Source: Balanoglossus misakiensis
Lineage: Eukaryota; Animalia; Hemichordata
Assembly (NCBI GenBank): GCA_040954595.2
Contig: CM082590.2
Span: forward strand, 10,876,088-10,940,087
DNA: 64,000 nt
Reading direction: 5' to 3'
Part shown: piece by piece, positions 13,030 through 26,280 of the stretch
How positions within the stretch are numbered: position 1 is the first letter of the stretch
Layout: every line of letters starts with the position of its first letter
The notes under the pieces: model-generated
Database searches by the model: none
What the model saw: only the letters and a program-made list of their open reading frames with translations
What the model was told of the DNA's origin: nothing
Program-made: the position numbers and the translations under genes

Positions 13030-13376
13030 TGAACGAAACATGAAATTCAGTCTTATTTCTAGACAAATATGAGTGCACTAAAAATGTGAATGGGATGAGA
13101 AAAATTCACACAATTTTTTGATCAGTTGTGTTGGCCTAAAATCTATCAAAACTTCAATTTAGCAAATCTATCAAACATTAGGGAACTTGAGAGGGGATCT
13201 GATGAGGATATTTTGTGCAACTCTATACATGAAAATAACACTGTAAGTCTGTCTATAAAATGAATCAGCATATTAAAGTTCACGATGAAACAAAAGATCT
13301 GATTTTCTTTGAATCTCTTTCCGTTAACTGTTTCTCAAAGATAGATGATTTGTAAATAATTGAACACTCTGTTGGA

Positions 13377-16300
13377 TCAGCATGTATTTTCACTGCTTGA
13401 AGGTACTTTGGATGCAGTCACAAACCCCACATTGTTTTGTGCAATGAGTTTCAAAGCTTTGGCTAAGTTCATTTCTAATCTCTGGTCTCCTGTTGTCTTA
13501 TCTGGTGTGACACAAGAACTAGATGGAGCTGCTCGTTTCAGTCGCAATCGGTCCACTGTTCGCCACCATTTAACAAGATGACCCTGTCTCTCAGTCATCA
13601 CTTCTAGAGCTGTCTGTTGGTTGGCGCCATTTCTCTGGCATTTACACGTTTGTCTGATAGCGTCGCGATACTGCCTGTTTCCTAATCCGTATATATACGG
13701 GTTGATGGCGCTTGAGAGATACATGAATATTGTTGAGGCAAGGAGACATTCTCGTGAGACCGGTTTCTGACAGAGCTGCAACATTGATGTAACAACCATG
13801 GGCATCCAACAAATATTGTAGAGAAAGAAAACAATAGAAAGAGTTCTTGTGAGTTTAATTTCCTCTTTCTGTCGATTGGCTCTCCTTCTTTCGACCATCT
13901 GGGTAAATGCTGACACCCAGGTGTTGGTTCTGTCTGTTGCTCCTGGCAACGCTGGTCTCCTTGTTGCAAGTTGCTGCAGAGAAATGACTTCTGGTTGGTT
14001 TGTATTTGAACATTGCGGCTGATTGGGGCATTTGATGATTGTACTATCCAGATCATTGGATGAGAAGTTTGAAACCGACGAATGATTTCCATCTCTGGGA
14101 ACAGAATCCCTCTGATTGGAGGAGGGCTTTGAAGGCAGTGTCTGATTGGCTGTGCAAGAATTTGAATTTAGTGTCCGGGTGGTGAATAATTGTGAACCTG
14201 ATATTTGGTTTGCTGTAAAGGCGTTCGAAGTTTGAAGTTGGTTTTTGCTTGTTGCCATGGCAATGGGGCCCTTAGTTGCATCAAAACTTTCGATATTCCG
14301 TTTGCTCTTCCGGACGGTCAGGAAAATCCGCACGTAGGAAACAAGCATCACAGAGTTGGGAATGAGTATTGCTATCACTAATAACAGTACGGTGAATAGC
14401 ACGGATGACGTCCGGAAGTTTGGCATACATGCGGCGGAATTCGGTAGAAATTCTACATCTGACCAATAGGGTACCAGACAAGATGATGACATCATCGCTG
14501 ACAACACCCACACGCAGCAAATTAACACTTTCACGTTCCTTAAACTGAATACTTTGTTGTAGTTTGCAAATCGGCAAATATAATAAAACCTGAACGAGAG
14601 AGAGGGAGAGAGAGAGAGAGGGAGAGAGACATAACATCCATTATTACAGAAAAATTATATCGCAGTTATTGACTGTTTACTGAATTCTGCGATTATGGGG
14701 AAACACTGTCAACCACCAAGGCCTAGTGAAGACAAGACATCACTCTATGTTGACATTTTCAAATTCTTTAAATGAAGACAGGGAATGCGTCATTCCGGAC
14801 GATGCATAGCAACAAACGAGAGGATGGGATCAATTGTACCTCCCCTAATGGATTCTGCATTATGATATCAGGCTTGTGGTTGCAGTAATTAGCTTTGGAA
14901 GAAATTGGAAGACAAGCCTTACAACATTTTATATGAACAAATGGAACGTTGAACATATTTGCTGTTCTCATGATTGCTGTCTGTCATGAAGTGTGGGTTA
15001 GGAAGAAATTGAGGAATATATATCTATACATATAATATTTATATAAGAAGTATGCCGATCGACTGGTCCAATACAAAGTGCTCAATACTAAAGTAGAGCA
15101 GCTATAAAGTAAGGGTAGTTGGAGACACAATAGGCAGTTAAATCTCTACAACGTTGTTTCGTGAGTCTCCTGATGAGTCCAGTGACTCACGAAACAACTT
15201 ATGGTAGAGATTATACCACCTATCATTTCTCCGACTATATATCCTTACGTTATAATATTTATAAATATATGTAATGTGTATGATTGCTGTTCCAATCATA
15301 AAGAGACTAAGGAAGAATCCAGAGACAATATCCGCACACACATGCAGGCTGTTTCCAAGGAGACTCTACAATATTATCTACATTTTACCATTGGTGTACC
15401 CAAGGGACAAAGCTTCCTATATGTGCGCCGGACGCTTAGTACTCAGAAGGAGTGATAAATTGCGATGGGGAGAAGATTTCGTATCATTAAACCATAGCTG
15501 CAGTTTTACAGCATAAATGGCGGAGCATTAAGGGATAATTATCCTGATATTGTCAGTGTGGGACTTGATTGATGTGGACGAGAGCAGCCATGATTGATGA
15601 TGTTATGTCTACACTAGTTGTAGTTACTCTTTGCCACTATCCATTTACTGTAGTGCAGAGATTTCTGATAATGGCATGATTGGTAAATGCTCGAGATGTG
15701 AAGTTTATTTCAAGGAAGTATGCACCTCCAAAATCAGTCGCTATTTCTCACATTTTGATCAAGGAAACTTTAGATTTTCCCCCCTTAAAATTGAGAAAAA
15801 TAATAGAGGTCACTGTGATGATTGGAATCAGGGAGCAAATTGCAGCAAACTGTCTCATATACAATGTAACGAGAATGATGTACAATAAACTTTCTGATTA
15901 ATACCAACCTGTTCAGACTGATGATGGCAAGTGTAAATAAACACACGATTCCAAACCAGAATATGAAGAAACTGTGACAGAGACACAGGACATCTCCAAA
16001 GGGCCAGTCACTCTGCGCCAACACGTACAGAGATACAGGCATAGCCACACATACCATTAACATGTCTGAAACTAAGACAAAATTGTCTAAAATACTGTGC
16101 ATAGACATAAATACCAGCAACCAGGAAAAACTTGCATAACCATGATTTCAACTTTCTTTTCGGGTTTTCTTTGAAGTGATATTTTGGATAAGCATGTTTC
16201 AAGAAGTCAAACAGCATAGACAACCTTTCGCATTATTAAAACTAAATTGACCAAAAAGGTCAAAATTGGAGTGTCTTTGTCCCTTTAAACATGACGTTTA

Positions 16301-16475
16301 CTCTAACATACTCTCTCTTTGTAATGAGTGTTATCTCATGGTGATGAAAACTGGTCGATGTTACCTGCTAGATTCAGAATCAAGTAGTTGGCGATAGTGT
16401 GAAGCTTGCTGTTGTTTACTGTGACCGTAATCACCAGTGTGTTGCCAATTATACCTTGCACCATGATGATAGCCT

Positions 16476-16509
<34 letters not shown>

Positions 16510-16530
16510 TGAGAGAGAGTGATAGATAGA

Positions 16531-16577
<47 letters not shown>

Positions 16578-16609
16578 AAAGAGAGAGCAAGAGCGAGAGA
16601 GAGAGTGAA

Positions 16610-16641
<32 letters not shown>

Positions 16642-16920
16642 GGAGAGACACAGAGACAGATAAATGGTGTTAATTCTATGGAGAAAAATTAAAGTTAGTG
16701 ATTTCTATGACAACACAACAGTGCATGAACATCACAACGTTTCAAAAAGAATCCTCACACACTTAAAGACATCAAAGAATGCAAAGCTTTGGAGGAGTAT
16801 ACACATGAACAAGAACTTATCACAAAACCATACCATTACAACAGCTTCTACAACAACCACAGCCTCTGCTCGAATTTGTAGTGCGTTCAAGTCTGTGATG
16901 TTGCCAGTCATTCTTTCCAT
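13377..16920 (-). CDS. Class A (rhodopsin-family) GPCR, melatonin-receptor/moody-like, 523 aa; exons 16920-16834, 16473-16365, 16071-15909, 14589-13377
   Basis: The spliced frame is intact (1572 nt). It has an N-terminal NIT sequon, TM1 GIIGNTLVI, TM2 ILNLAVSD, ECL1 WPFGDVLC, TM3 ISLNRFYYIC, TM6 CWMP and TM7 INPYIY, with canonical GT-AG junctions. Confidence 0.9.
16475..16660. repeat. (GA)n microsatellite forming the polypyrimidine tract of GPCR exon 2
   Basis: GAGAGA tract directly abuts the minus-strand acceptor at 16474-16475. Confidence 0.95.
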
Positions 16921-17084
16921 CGACTTCTAGGGACAGAAATTCAGCAGATAGATTTTCATGGACGCGTCGTGAACAATAAAGTCATAGATGTACGTCACCA
17001 ATTTGGTGTCTACACTCCCTGGTTGAGATTGTGCATTAAGATAATACGCATCGTGACTTTCCATGGCACATTCCATTTGCCAGG

Positions 17085-17090
17085 TTTATA
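17085..17090 (-). promoter_or_regulatory. Candidate TATA box of the GPCR gene
   Basis: TATAAA on the minus strand in a GC-flanked context ~165 bp upstream of the ATG. Confidence 0.25.
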
Positions 17091-18225
17091 AGGGGCCCCA
17101 AGCATTTGCAACTTTTGTTTGATATTTGTCGAAGGAAGACAAAACATAATTAGTCCCCTTTCATGCTCCTGACCTATATTTTATTCTTTCAGAATAATAT
17201 TGTATTTTCTTTACTGCATTTTTTGAATGACACCTACAACAACACAAACAAAACAGTGATATAGCAGCAAGAGAAACTTCAAACCACCACTACCACAAAC
17301 AACAACAAGACCAGAAACAACAATAACAACAACAATATATTCTTAGAACTGACTTGGTGAATTATTATACACTGATTTTTTAAATATAGTTTATATTTTT
17401 ATATTTCTGTTCAAGTTCTTTGCATTTATGATATCATCACTACTTTACTTTAGTCCTGTGAAAAGAATCACCAAGTTGTCTCCGCGAGTACCTTAACTTA
17501 TATTTGAATTTGAATTCTACCCCTGTAGAAAGAATGGACTCAGCCAATTTATAATGGCCCATTTCTGGGAGCCCAGCTTATCAGTTAGAAACATGTGGAT
17601 GACCAGGGAACGATGGAGAAGATTACAAGATATCCATTAAAGGCAGTATAAATAAACCTACATTTTGTTTTATTAATCACAGATAAAAATCACCTCTGTA
17701 TCGCAGTCACGTGGCGAACATTTACAAAAGTACTTGCAATTCTTCACGATTACAAGTTGCAGAGATTTTACCATCGATGACACGATATTAGACTTTAAAA
17801 TTAGCTGATGAACAGATGGAAATAAAAAGAACTTAAAACACAAAATAAAATTAACAAAATTATGTATGTTTTATTGAGATTGTAAAAAATTCATAACTTA
17901 ACTTCTTAAAATTTGATTACATATCAAAATTAAACAGCATGTTTTCCAGTCACCATACACAAGCAACACTTCCTTGCTTTGTACAAAATCACTAGCATGA
18001 TTACCAGTTCTTGTATTGAGTAAAATTTATAAAAATATTCCAAGTATTAAAAAATTTGACTTCTACAACAATATTTTTGTAACAAAATAAACTACTTTTT
18101 GACATCGGAGCAATTTATTTCCAACATGGTAGTGTTTAAATTTGTGTTTTATTTTTGAGTAATAAATGTGTGTCACTTTTTACTTCTGTCAGATAACCAA
18201 TCTTTATCACATTACAAAATGTACT

Positions 18226-18296
18226 TAGAAAACAGCATTTTAGATTGTCACAAATCCCCCCACCAAGCCCCACTGATTTTATTGTTATCTCAAAAT
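18226..18296 (+). repeat. ~70-bp dispersed repeat, copy 2
   Basis: Matches 12685-12754 with few differences. Confidence 0.8.
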
Positions 18297-18563
18297 ATTA
18301 CCATGTTCAGAATACATATAAATATGGCAATACGTTTATTAGTAGTTTTCGGGATGCAAACATTGTATTAAAAGGGCCCCTGCTGAAGCTTTCTTCCAAG
18401 AAGTTGAGTGGCGTTTTGTTTATCAATAAGCTTCTGAGTTGATTGAAAATATTTCCTTCGCAACATTAAATTATGCAATTACTTTCCAATACACAGTGTT
18501 CCCATGCATGGTGATGCTGTATTATTACTGAGTCATAAATAGCGTTATAATACACCATCCTCC

Positions 18564-18726
18564 TTAAACCACTAGAAATCTTGGATCTGCGAAAACATTT
18601 GAAAATAAAAAATAAAATAAAGAATATTAGTAAACATCTATCCGTACTGCTTAAACCACTAGAAATCCTGGGTTTGCAAAATCATTTGTAAAATAAACTT
18701 AAATAAAGAATAAGTAAAAATCTATC
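18564..18726. repeat. Two-copy ~87-bp tandem duplication in the putative 3' UTR
   Basis: TTAAACCACTAGAAATC...AAATAAAGAATA...ATCTATC at 18564 and at 18651. Confidence 0.75.
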
Positions 18727-18797
18727 AAGCATTTCCACCCAATTTCCAAGTATGTCAGGAATAACATCCATCTCTTTGCTTACCTGACAGTTTTGAG

Positions 18798-20110
18798 TTA
18801 CTGGTAGTATGAATAAGTTCGTCCTCTACTTTGTCTGGAGTACCTGTCCGAGGATGATCTTGTAGGTGAGGGCGCAAGTCTTGCCTGAATGGAAAGAAAC
18901 GGAAAGTTAGGATGCAACTCCTTGTATCTTACATTTTGTACAATGTATATCATAATTCTTTACTATCAATCACATGATCTGGCTATGCGTCCCACAGCGT
19001 TGTCATTTCCAGGTGACGGGCAAACAATATTTCGGCATCCAGTAAATGTTTTTCTGAGTATGTTTTTACTGACACGTAATATGTATCAGGGATAATGCTT
19101 TATCAGCCTCATAGTGTTTCGTCTGCACTGTCTTTGTCTGCACCACGTTGCTGAAGTTGCCCGTCATCTGGAAATTTGAATGCGCACGTAACTGCAGCCT
19201 GAGCGCGTCTGATGTCATTTGATAGCGAAGAATAAATCCACACTCACAATCCTTAGTTGGTATTCTCTTTCTTCAGAACCATCAGCCACATACGGTCGAA
19301 CAAACTGTCTTTCTGTGGGTCTCTGAGAGTAAAAGACATCATTGTATACTCCATCCCTCTGTGGATAAAAAAGAAATTAGGAAAATTTTCTCACAATGTT
19401 CGTCTGTTCTGAACTGTGTCTAAACAATATTCATTTTCAACAATTTAAAATCCACGTTCAACACTGTGTGATTATAACACTTGTTTGTCAAAATTGTAAA
19501 ATCATTACAAAATAATTGCACATAGAACAACAAACATCAAACACAAACTCATGTATGATATAAACAAGAACACGATTCAATTTGTTCGATCACTTTATGT
19601 GACAACAATAACCAAACAAGTACAGAGCAAGTGTGAGTGTGTTGCAATGTCTCATGGTTGCGCATGTGCATTAACACACGCTTAGGATTGTCTATCGTAC
19701 GTAAAGTCTGCTGTCATGTATTTATGTATTAAACATTGGCAGACAGTAGTCTTTTTTGATAAACACATTAGACAATCCACTTTCATACTTTCTCTTTTTT
19801 CTCTCACGCACAGAAAGAAACAAAGTTATGATATTTTTTACCTCTTGGACTCTTGGAGCTCGGCTCATTGCCCGAGCAAGTTCATTAAGTCTCTCGTCTG
19901 AATCTGTTGAGACCGAATCCAGCATGTCCTTGTCAAGAGTTGATTCATAGCCCATATAGGGAGTTAGATAACCAGATTGAGATGATCGTTGGCTCTCCGA
20001 TTTTCGTCCCGCTCTACAGCAGCAGATGACACATATGAGGATACCAACAATGAGAACCAGTGCCACACCACTGAGAGTTGATGCTAATATCACTAGAAGT
20101 CCAGTAGATG
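18798..20110 (-). CDS. Giant gene: transmembrane helix and 123-aa cytoplasmic tail (exons 20110-19842, 19358-19248, 18884-18798)
   Basis: [28 protein letters not shown] then RAGRK. Phase-0 joins lead to [37 protein letters not shown] and [28 protein letters not shown]. Confidence 0.85.
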
Positions 20111-20125
20111 CTGCAATTAAGTGAC

Positions 20126-20163
<38 letters not shown>

Positions 20164-20432
20164 GGGACTTATAGAGCGCCAAACTCCACTGCAATAGCTG
20201 TTCAATGGCACTTTACAACGTCAAAATTCCAATGGATCTTACATAAGTTTAAGATTGCAATAAAATATCATTCTCATTCAACTTTTCTATAGATGCCTAA
20301 TGTAATGGGGAGGGGAAAGGGAATAGAGTATCTAGAGAGACTGAGACCCCGAGAGAGATATGGGAGGGAGAGCGAGAAAGAGGGGGGGGGAGAGAAGAAG
20401 GGAAAGGGAGAGACAAGAGAGAGACAGAGAGA

Positions 20433-20490
<58 letters not shown>

Positions 20491-23400
20491 AAGACAGACA
20501 GACAGACAGAGAGAAAGACAGACAGACAGAGAGAGAGAAAGACAGACAGAGAGAAGAGAGAGACAGAGAGAGAGACAGAAATGAATGGAAGCAAAACATG
20601 ATGGCAGACTTTTCTCACCTTCATCGCTCTCTATGACATCACCACATCTGTCGCCTTGGAATCCTTCAGGACATCTTTGTTGGATAAAGAAAAATTAAAA
20701 ACTAAATATAATTGTGAATCTTCTATGCAAAAATTAATATCTTACTACAACAATACAAGGACAAGATATGTATAATTTAACACAGATGGCTATCTGTGGT
20801 TTGGAGGGACAAAAAACCCACAAAACCAAACAATAATGCTTCTTTTAGTTACTAGTTAACATCACTTGAGGATAAATATGTAAAATGGAAGTAAAAACTC
20901 ACCGGCAGCTAAAGCCATCATCCACATTGCCAGAGCATGTTCCGCCATTGTAGCAGTAGTTTTCTGGACACTCCAAACCTATGAAAGAATCACAGTAATT
21001 ATGACGACTGTATACTTTTCAGAGCTGTAGCACTCTCTCTCTCTCTGTCTGTCTTCTCTCTGTCTGTCTGTCTGTCTGTCTTTGTCTCTCTCTCTTCTCT
21101 CTCTAACTCTCTCTGTCTCTCTCTCCTCTCTCCCTCCCTGCACGTCTCTCTCTCTCTCTCCCCCTCAATATTTACCTTCACAGCCGGTTCCATCTGTGTG
21201 GAAACCAACCCTGCACACGCATTCATATCCACCAAGTAAGTTCTGGCATATCTCGTATGATTCACAGCTGTGTGAGTTCTCACGGCATTCATCAATGTCT
21301 GTGAAAATTTTTGGGAATGATTGAAAATATGAACATTTGTGATCTGATGCTGAAAACTGAGATAGGATCAGTTTTCCAAGAAAGATATCAAACTCAATGG
21401 TGAATTTTTCTTTAGCAAACAATTAACACAAATCATACTTCGAAGATGCTTGATGATGACCACGGTTGTCAGAGCAACCAACACATTAAGATCTCAAAGA
21501 TTTACACATGGATGTCTCACATCACATTTTGATAACTAGAGATAAGGCCACACCATGAAATTTGCATCCCAACACCAAAAATATTGTCTTTGTAACAATA
21601 TTGTGCTTTAAATAAACATACACACTGATACTGTAGGCAAAGCGAGGTCTAGTTTGAATTTGTGAATAGGCAAGAACTTACCTGAGCATGTCCTTTGGTC
21701 ACTGTTCAGAGCATAGCCTTCATTGCAAGTGCATCTGTAGTATGGTGTTATGTCGATGCAATTCTGTTCACACATGTCTGTATTCCTTGTGCATTCGTTG
21801 ATAGCTTATGGGATCAAATAATATATACATGTTAGCATTTTAAGAATTCTCTGTCTCTGTCTGTCTGTCTTTCTCCATATCTCTGTGTGCTGTCTGTATC
21901 TCCATCTGTCCAACTCTACCTCTGTCCCTACAGTATCTCTGGCTGTCTCTGTTTATCTGTTTGTCTCTATCTCTCTGTCTGTTTCAATCTATCTGTCTGT
22001 CAGTCTGTCTCTATATCTCTGTTTGTGTCTACACATGGAGTTGAAAATAAAGTTAGTACTTACGAATACATCGCTGATTATTATTTGAATCAAGCTCGTA
22101 GCCTGGATCGCACAAACATGTTTTTGTACCAGAGTTGACATAACATGTTCCATGTTCGCAGGTGTCTCCAGCATCACAGGCAGTCAGAGCTTCAGGAAAA
22201 AAGAAACATAAACTAAATTAAATTCTGAATGAATGAATGCAAACAAGTGCAAATATGACAATATCCAAGGATTATCATCTTATTGTAAACACATATTAGG
22301 ATAGATGATTTGTAGGAGACTACAACGAATTTTGCATAGCCCTTTCACCCCCAATGCCCTGTTTAGAGGTCCAACTTACCATAGAAAACAATGGATATGG
22401 ACTGAACCATGATGGTGCAAAGGGTTAAATTATACGCAAATACTTACGTTGACAAGAACGGCCATCACCCTGTGTATCTGAGAACCCAGAGGCACACAAA
22501 CAGGTATATCCATTAGGCGTCAAAACTGTCTTTTCAGTGTTTGTGCAGAGCTGTGGACAAGAGCTTGTAGAGAGTGCACATTCATCGATATCTGAAGATA
22601 AAGAAAAGAAAATATGGGTAACAACTTCATGGGTTAGTGCAAAGTAGAAAGTCCAAGTTGTAGTTGACAACACCAGATGTAAAACTTATGTCTCCCCTGA
22701 ACATCATCATAGATTCAACATAATGTCGAATCACATAAAAACATGTTTTGAAGCCAATAAACTGGTAGACAGTATTATTAATTATATACTCAGTATTTTG
22801 AACATATTGTTTGCAAATGCTTTATACCAGTTGAACCATTTGTACCACGACCGAAGTCAATGAGATAAAAATCTGCTAAGATAACAAATCAGCAATGATC
22901 AACTCATGATGAAGATGTATATGATTATAGGGACAAAGTCTCTCTCGCGCTGCCCTTTTTCCATTAATTATTCAAGACACTGTTTATATTATTCTACTCA
23001 TGTTGAAGCTGTATATGATAAACAGTCTGCTTACCATCACAGTTCAATCCATCTTCATTTAACACATATCCATCTCGACACTGGCAGTAATATCCACCAT
23101 CTGTATTCTGACATGTTTGGTCACAGTTATCGGTTCCACTTGTACACTCGTCAATATCTGTAAAACAAAGAGGATGACCAACTTCAAATTGTGACTGTCC
23201 AGTCCGGTTGAACAATTACGTACAAAATTAAGACCAGAAGCTGTCTACACTGGACAGGAACTGAGAAAATTGTTCGGTTTACAATGACAACTGTAGTAGG
23301 ATCATTAACCCTTTCACCCCTATTTCCTTGTATAAAAGTCCAGAATTGCTGTTAGAAACAATGGAGCTGGACCAAACCATGGTGGTGAAAGGAGTAATAT

Positions 23401-26232
23401 AATGTTTATGTGAAAGAGATGTACAAAATTTGATCGTATACTGTACTAGCACAGGCAAAGAAATATTTAGGCAGGCAGTATGAGAAGTAGCCTTAGCAGA
23501 CGCAGTGTGTGTGTATGTGTGTGACTGTGCATGTGTGTGTGTGCATGTGTGTGTGTCTGTGCGTGTGTGTGTGCGTGTCTGTGCATGTGGGTGTGTGTGT
23601 GTGTGTGACTGTGCATGTGTGTGTGCGTGCCTGTGCATGTGGGTGTGTGTGTGTGTGTGACTGTGCATGTGTGTGTGCGTGCCTGTGCGTGTGGGTGTGT
23701 GTGTGTTTTAGTGAAGGCAACATACCAACACAAGTTGTCCCATCTCCGGCAAATTCATATCCTAAACCACACTCGCATGAGTAGCTGCCATCACTGTTGA
23801 TACAAATGAGAAGATCCGTGCCACAGATATCTGCAGTATTGCATTCATTGATATCTGTAATCAAACAAAGAAAACCCTTATGAAAACAAATGTAATGTAA
23901 GGTTCAGAAATGCACCTGGACAGACATACACCACCTGAGTTCCAAATCAAGCCAGCTGGGATGACCATTGTATTTCATAAAATCTATAAAAAATACATTT
24001 TTACAGAATGATGTAAAGTAATAAGACTTATTTCTGATACCAGAAAACCCCCAGAAAAGTCAAGCAACACAATACTGCGAGTTACATACCTTCACATACA
24101 CCACTAGATGTTTCTGTATATCCAGAACTACAAGCACATGTCCAAGATCCGGGAGTGTTAGTGCAGTCTGCATTGGCTTGGCAAGGACCTGGGTTGGCTG
24201 CGCACTCGTCAATATCTGGGAAGACACAAAATCACGTCCAACTATTGATTATTTTGTTCTTCTTGAAAGAATAACTTTCCAAGGTTTCAACTTAAAGTTA
24301 ACTACAGAGTTGGCAAACTGACATGTGCTTTTAGACCGTAAAATGTTCACCATACTTGTTTTAAATACTTCCAAGTGTAGCAATAGTTTGGATTTCAAAT
24401 AAACTTATGGAATATCACACACATAAGTATCAAATGTTACATTGGAAGCTAGTACATTGTATGTGTAGCAAACTATTGGAATATAAATTCATCAAACAGT
24501 CATGTGGGAGAATCTGAAAGCAAATGACTCATCCAATGGTTTTGACTGACCTGTGCAATTACTTCCATCGCCATTGACATCTTGATAACCGGCTAAACAG
24601 CGACAGTGGTACGATCCAATATCATTCACACATTCCCCACCTTCTTCTGGACATGTGTCTGTGTTTTCTCCGCATTCATTGATGTCTACAAGTAACCACA
24701 ATAACCAAGTTGTAATGTGTGTGCACTGTATGGAAGAACTGTGACTTATTTCTGGCAGACCAATGTATTGGTGGCACACACATATCCCAGGTTCACACAG
24801 GGTAAAATTTGAGACACTAAACACAGAGAATGAATCCTTTGAGTCGCTTGTGTCCACACACACAGAGTTTATGTATAGGCGCTGAGGTTCAGTCCCATAG
24901 GCAATGGGTTGCGGAGAGGTGTTAATCGTAACACCAGCTCAGGTCTGGCCGGCAAAGCCGTCTCAAATCTAAGACATTTCAGGACCACTTAAACCGTTCA
25001 CATATAATTAGTTACGCCAGTATCTGATGCGAGACGTTTCAGAAACGTCTTAATGATGTAGGTGTTACCAGCCCCCATAATAAATGAACAGCTCATCACA
25101 ATCTATATCGTCAAATTGTTTCATCGTTATTTGAAGGAAAGGTTAAGTTTACCTTGACATTGGTCTTTCTTTCCATTCCCAATGAAACCAGCATTACAGA
25201 CACATGTGTAGCTTCCAAGATTGTCACTGCATGTTGCCCTCTGTGGGTCGCAGTCGTTATAATTTGGATCTGCACACTCGTCCAAGTTTGTGCAAATGAT
25301 CCCATTGCCTTCATAGCCGGTGTCACACTCGCATTCAAATGAGCCGACGTTGTTGATGCAATGTGCGTTGGAGCCACAGTTGTGAGGTCTTGTGACACTG
25401 GTGCATTCATTAATATCTGCTCCAGAGAGAAGGAATATATTCCATGAGTCCACGACTAACACAATTCTAGAAAATCAAACCACCACCATGACCAAGAATC
25501 TTATTTGACAATAAGTATACACACAATCAGGTCAACCACATCAGATTTTGCATGGTATCTATCACTATGGTAACATATGATTACCAACATTGAGTATATT
25601 TACCTTCACATTGGTTTCCATTGGCTTGGTAACCATCTTCACAGGTACAGGTATAGCTTCCATCAGTGTCGTCACAGCGACTGTTTGTTGGACAGGGATA
25701 AACTCCATTTTCCACACACTCATCAATATCTTGGGAAAAAAGATTTGGGAAAATGAGAAGTGATAACAGCTAGTTTTTCAAAGGCGAAGAATTGGTATTT
25801 ATTTGCTTTCCTGTTAGCCAGACACCAAATGACAGTAGTTCATGTTCAACCATGGTTGGTTAAATGGCACAAATTGCTATGGCTAACCATGGTCACTGAC
25901 AGACAATCTCATTGCTGGAAAGAAACACACAATTGCTGAACTTACTGACACAGGTGCTGGATGCAACATCCAATTTATATCCTGCATCACACGGACAAGT
26001 GTATGATCCTTCTGTGTTACTGCAGCTGGAGTGTTCTGGGCATGTGTCCGTCCCTCTTGCACATTCATTAATGTCTGAAAAAAATAGTTAAACATAAATG
26101 TATATTATAAAAGAAATGTGTGTGTAACTCCCCGCTATGAGGCTGATTATTTATAATGCATGTTTTTCTGTTTGTCTTAACCTCTTGATTAGTTCTATCA
26201 TCATCATCATCATCATCATCATCACCATCACT

Positions 26233-26280
<48 letters not shown>

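Noticed and set aside
16365-16400. Apparent frameshift in GPCR TM2 suggested by the ORF track (LLDSESSR)
   Set aside because: That is a different frame. The spliced frame reads NYLILNLA-VSD intact, so the gene is not a pseudogene.
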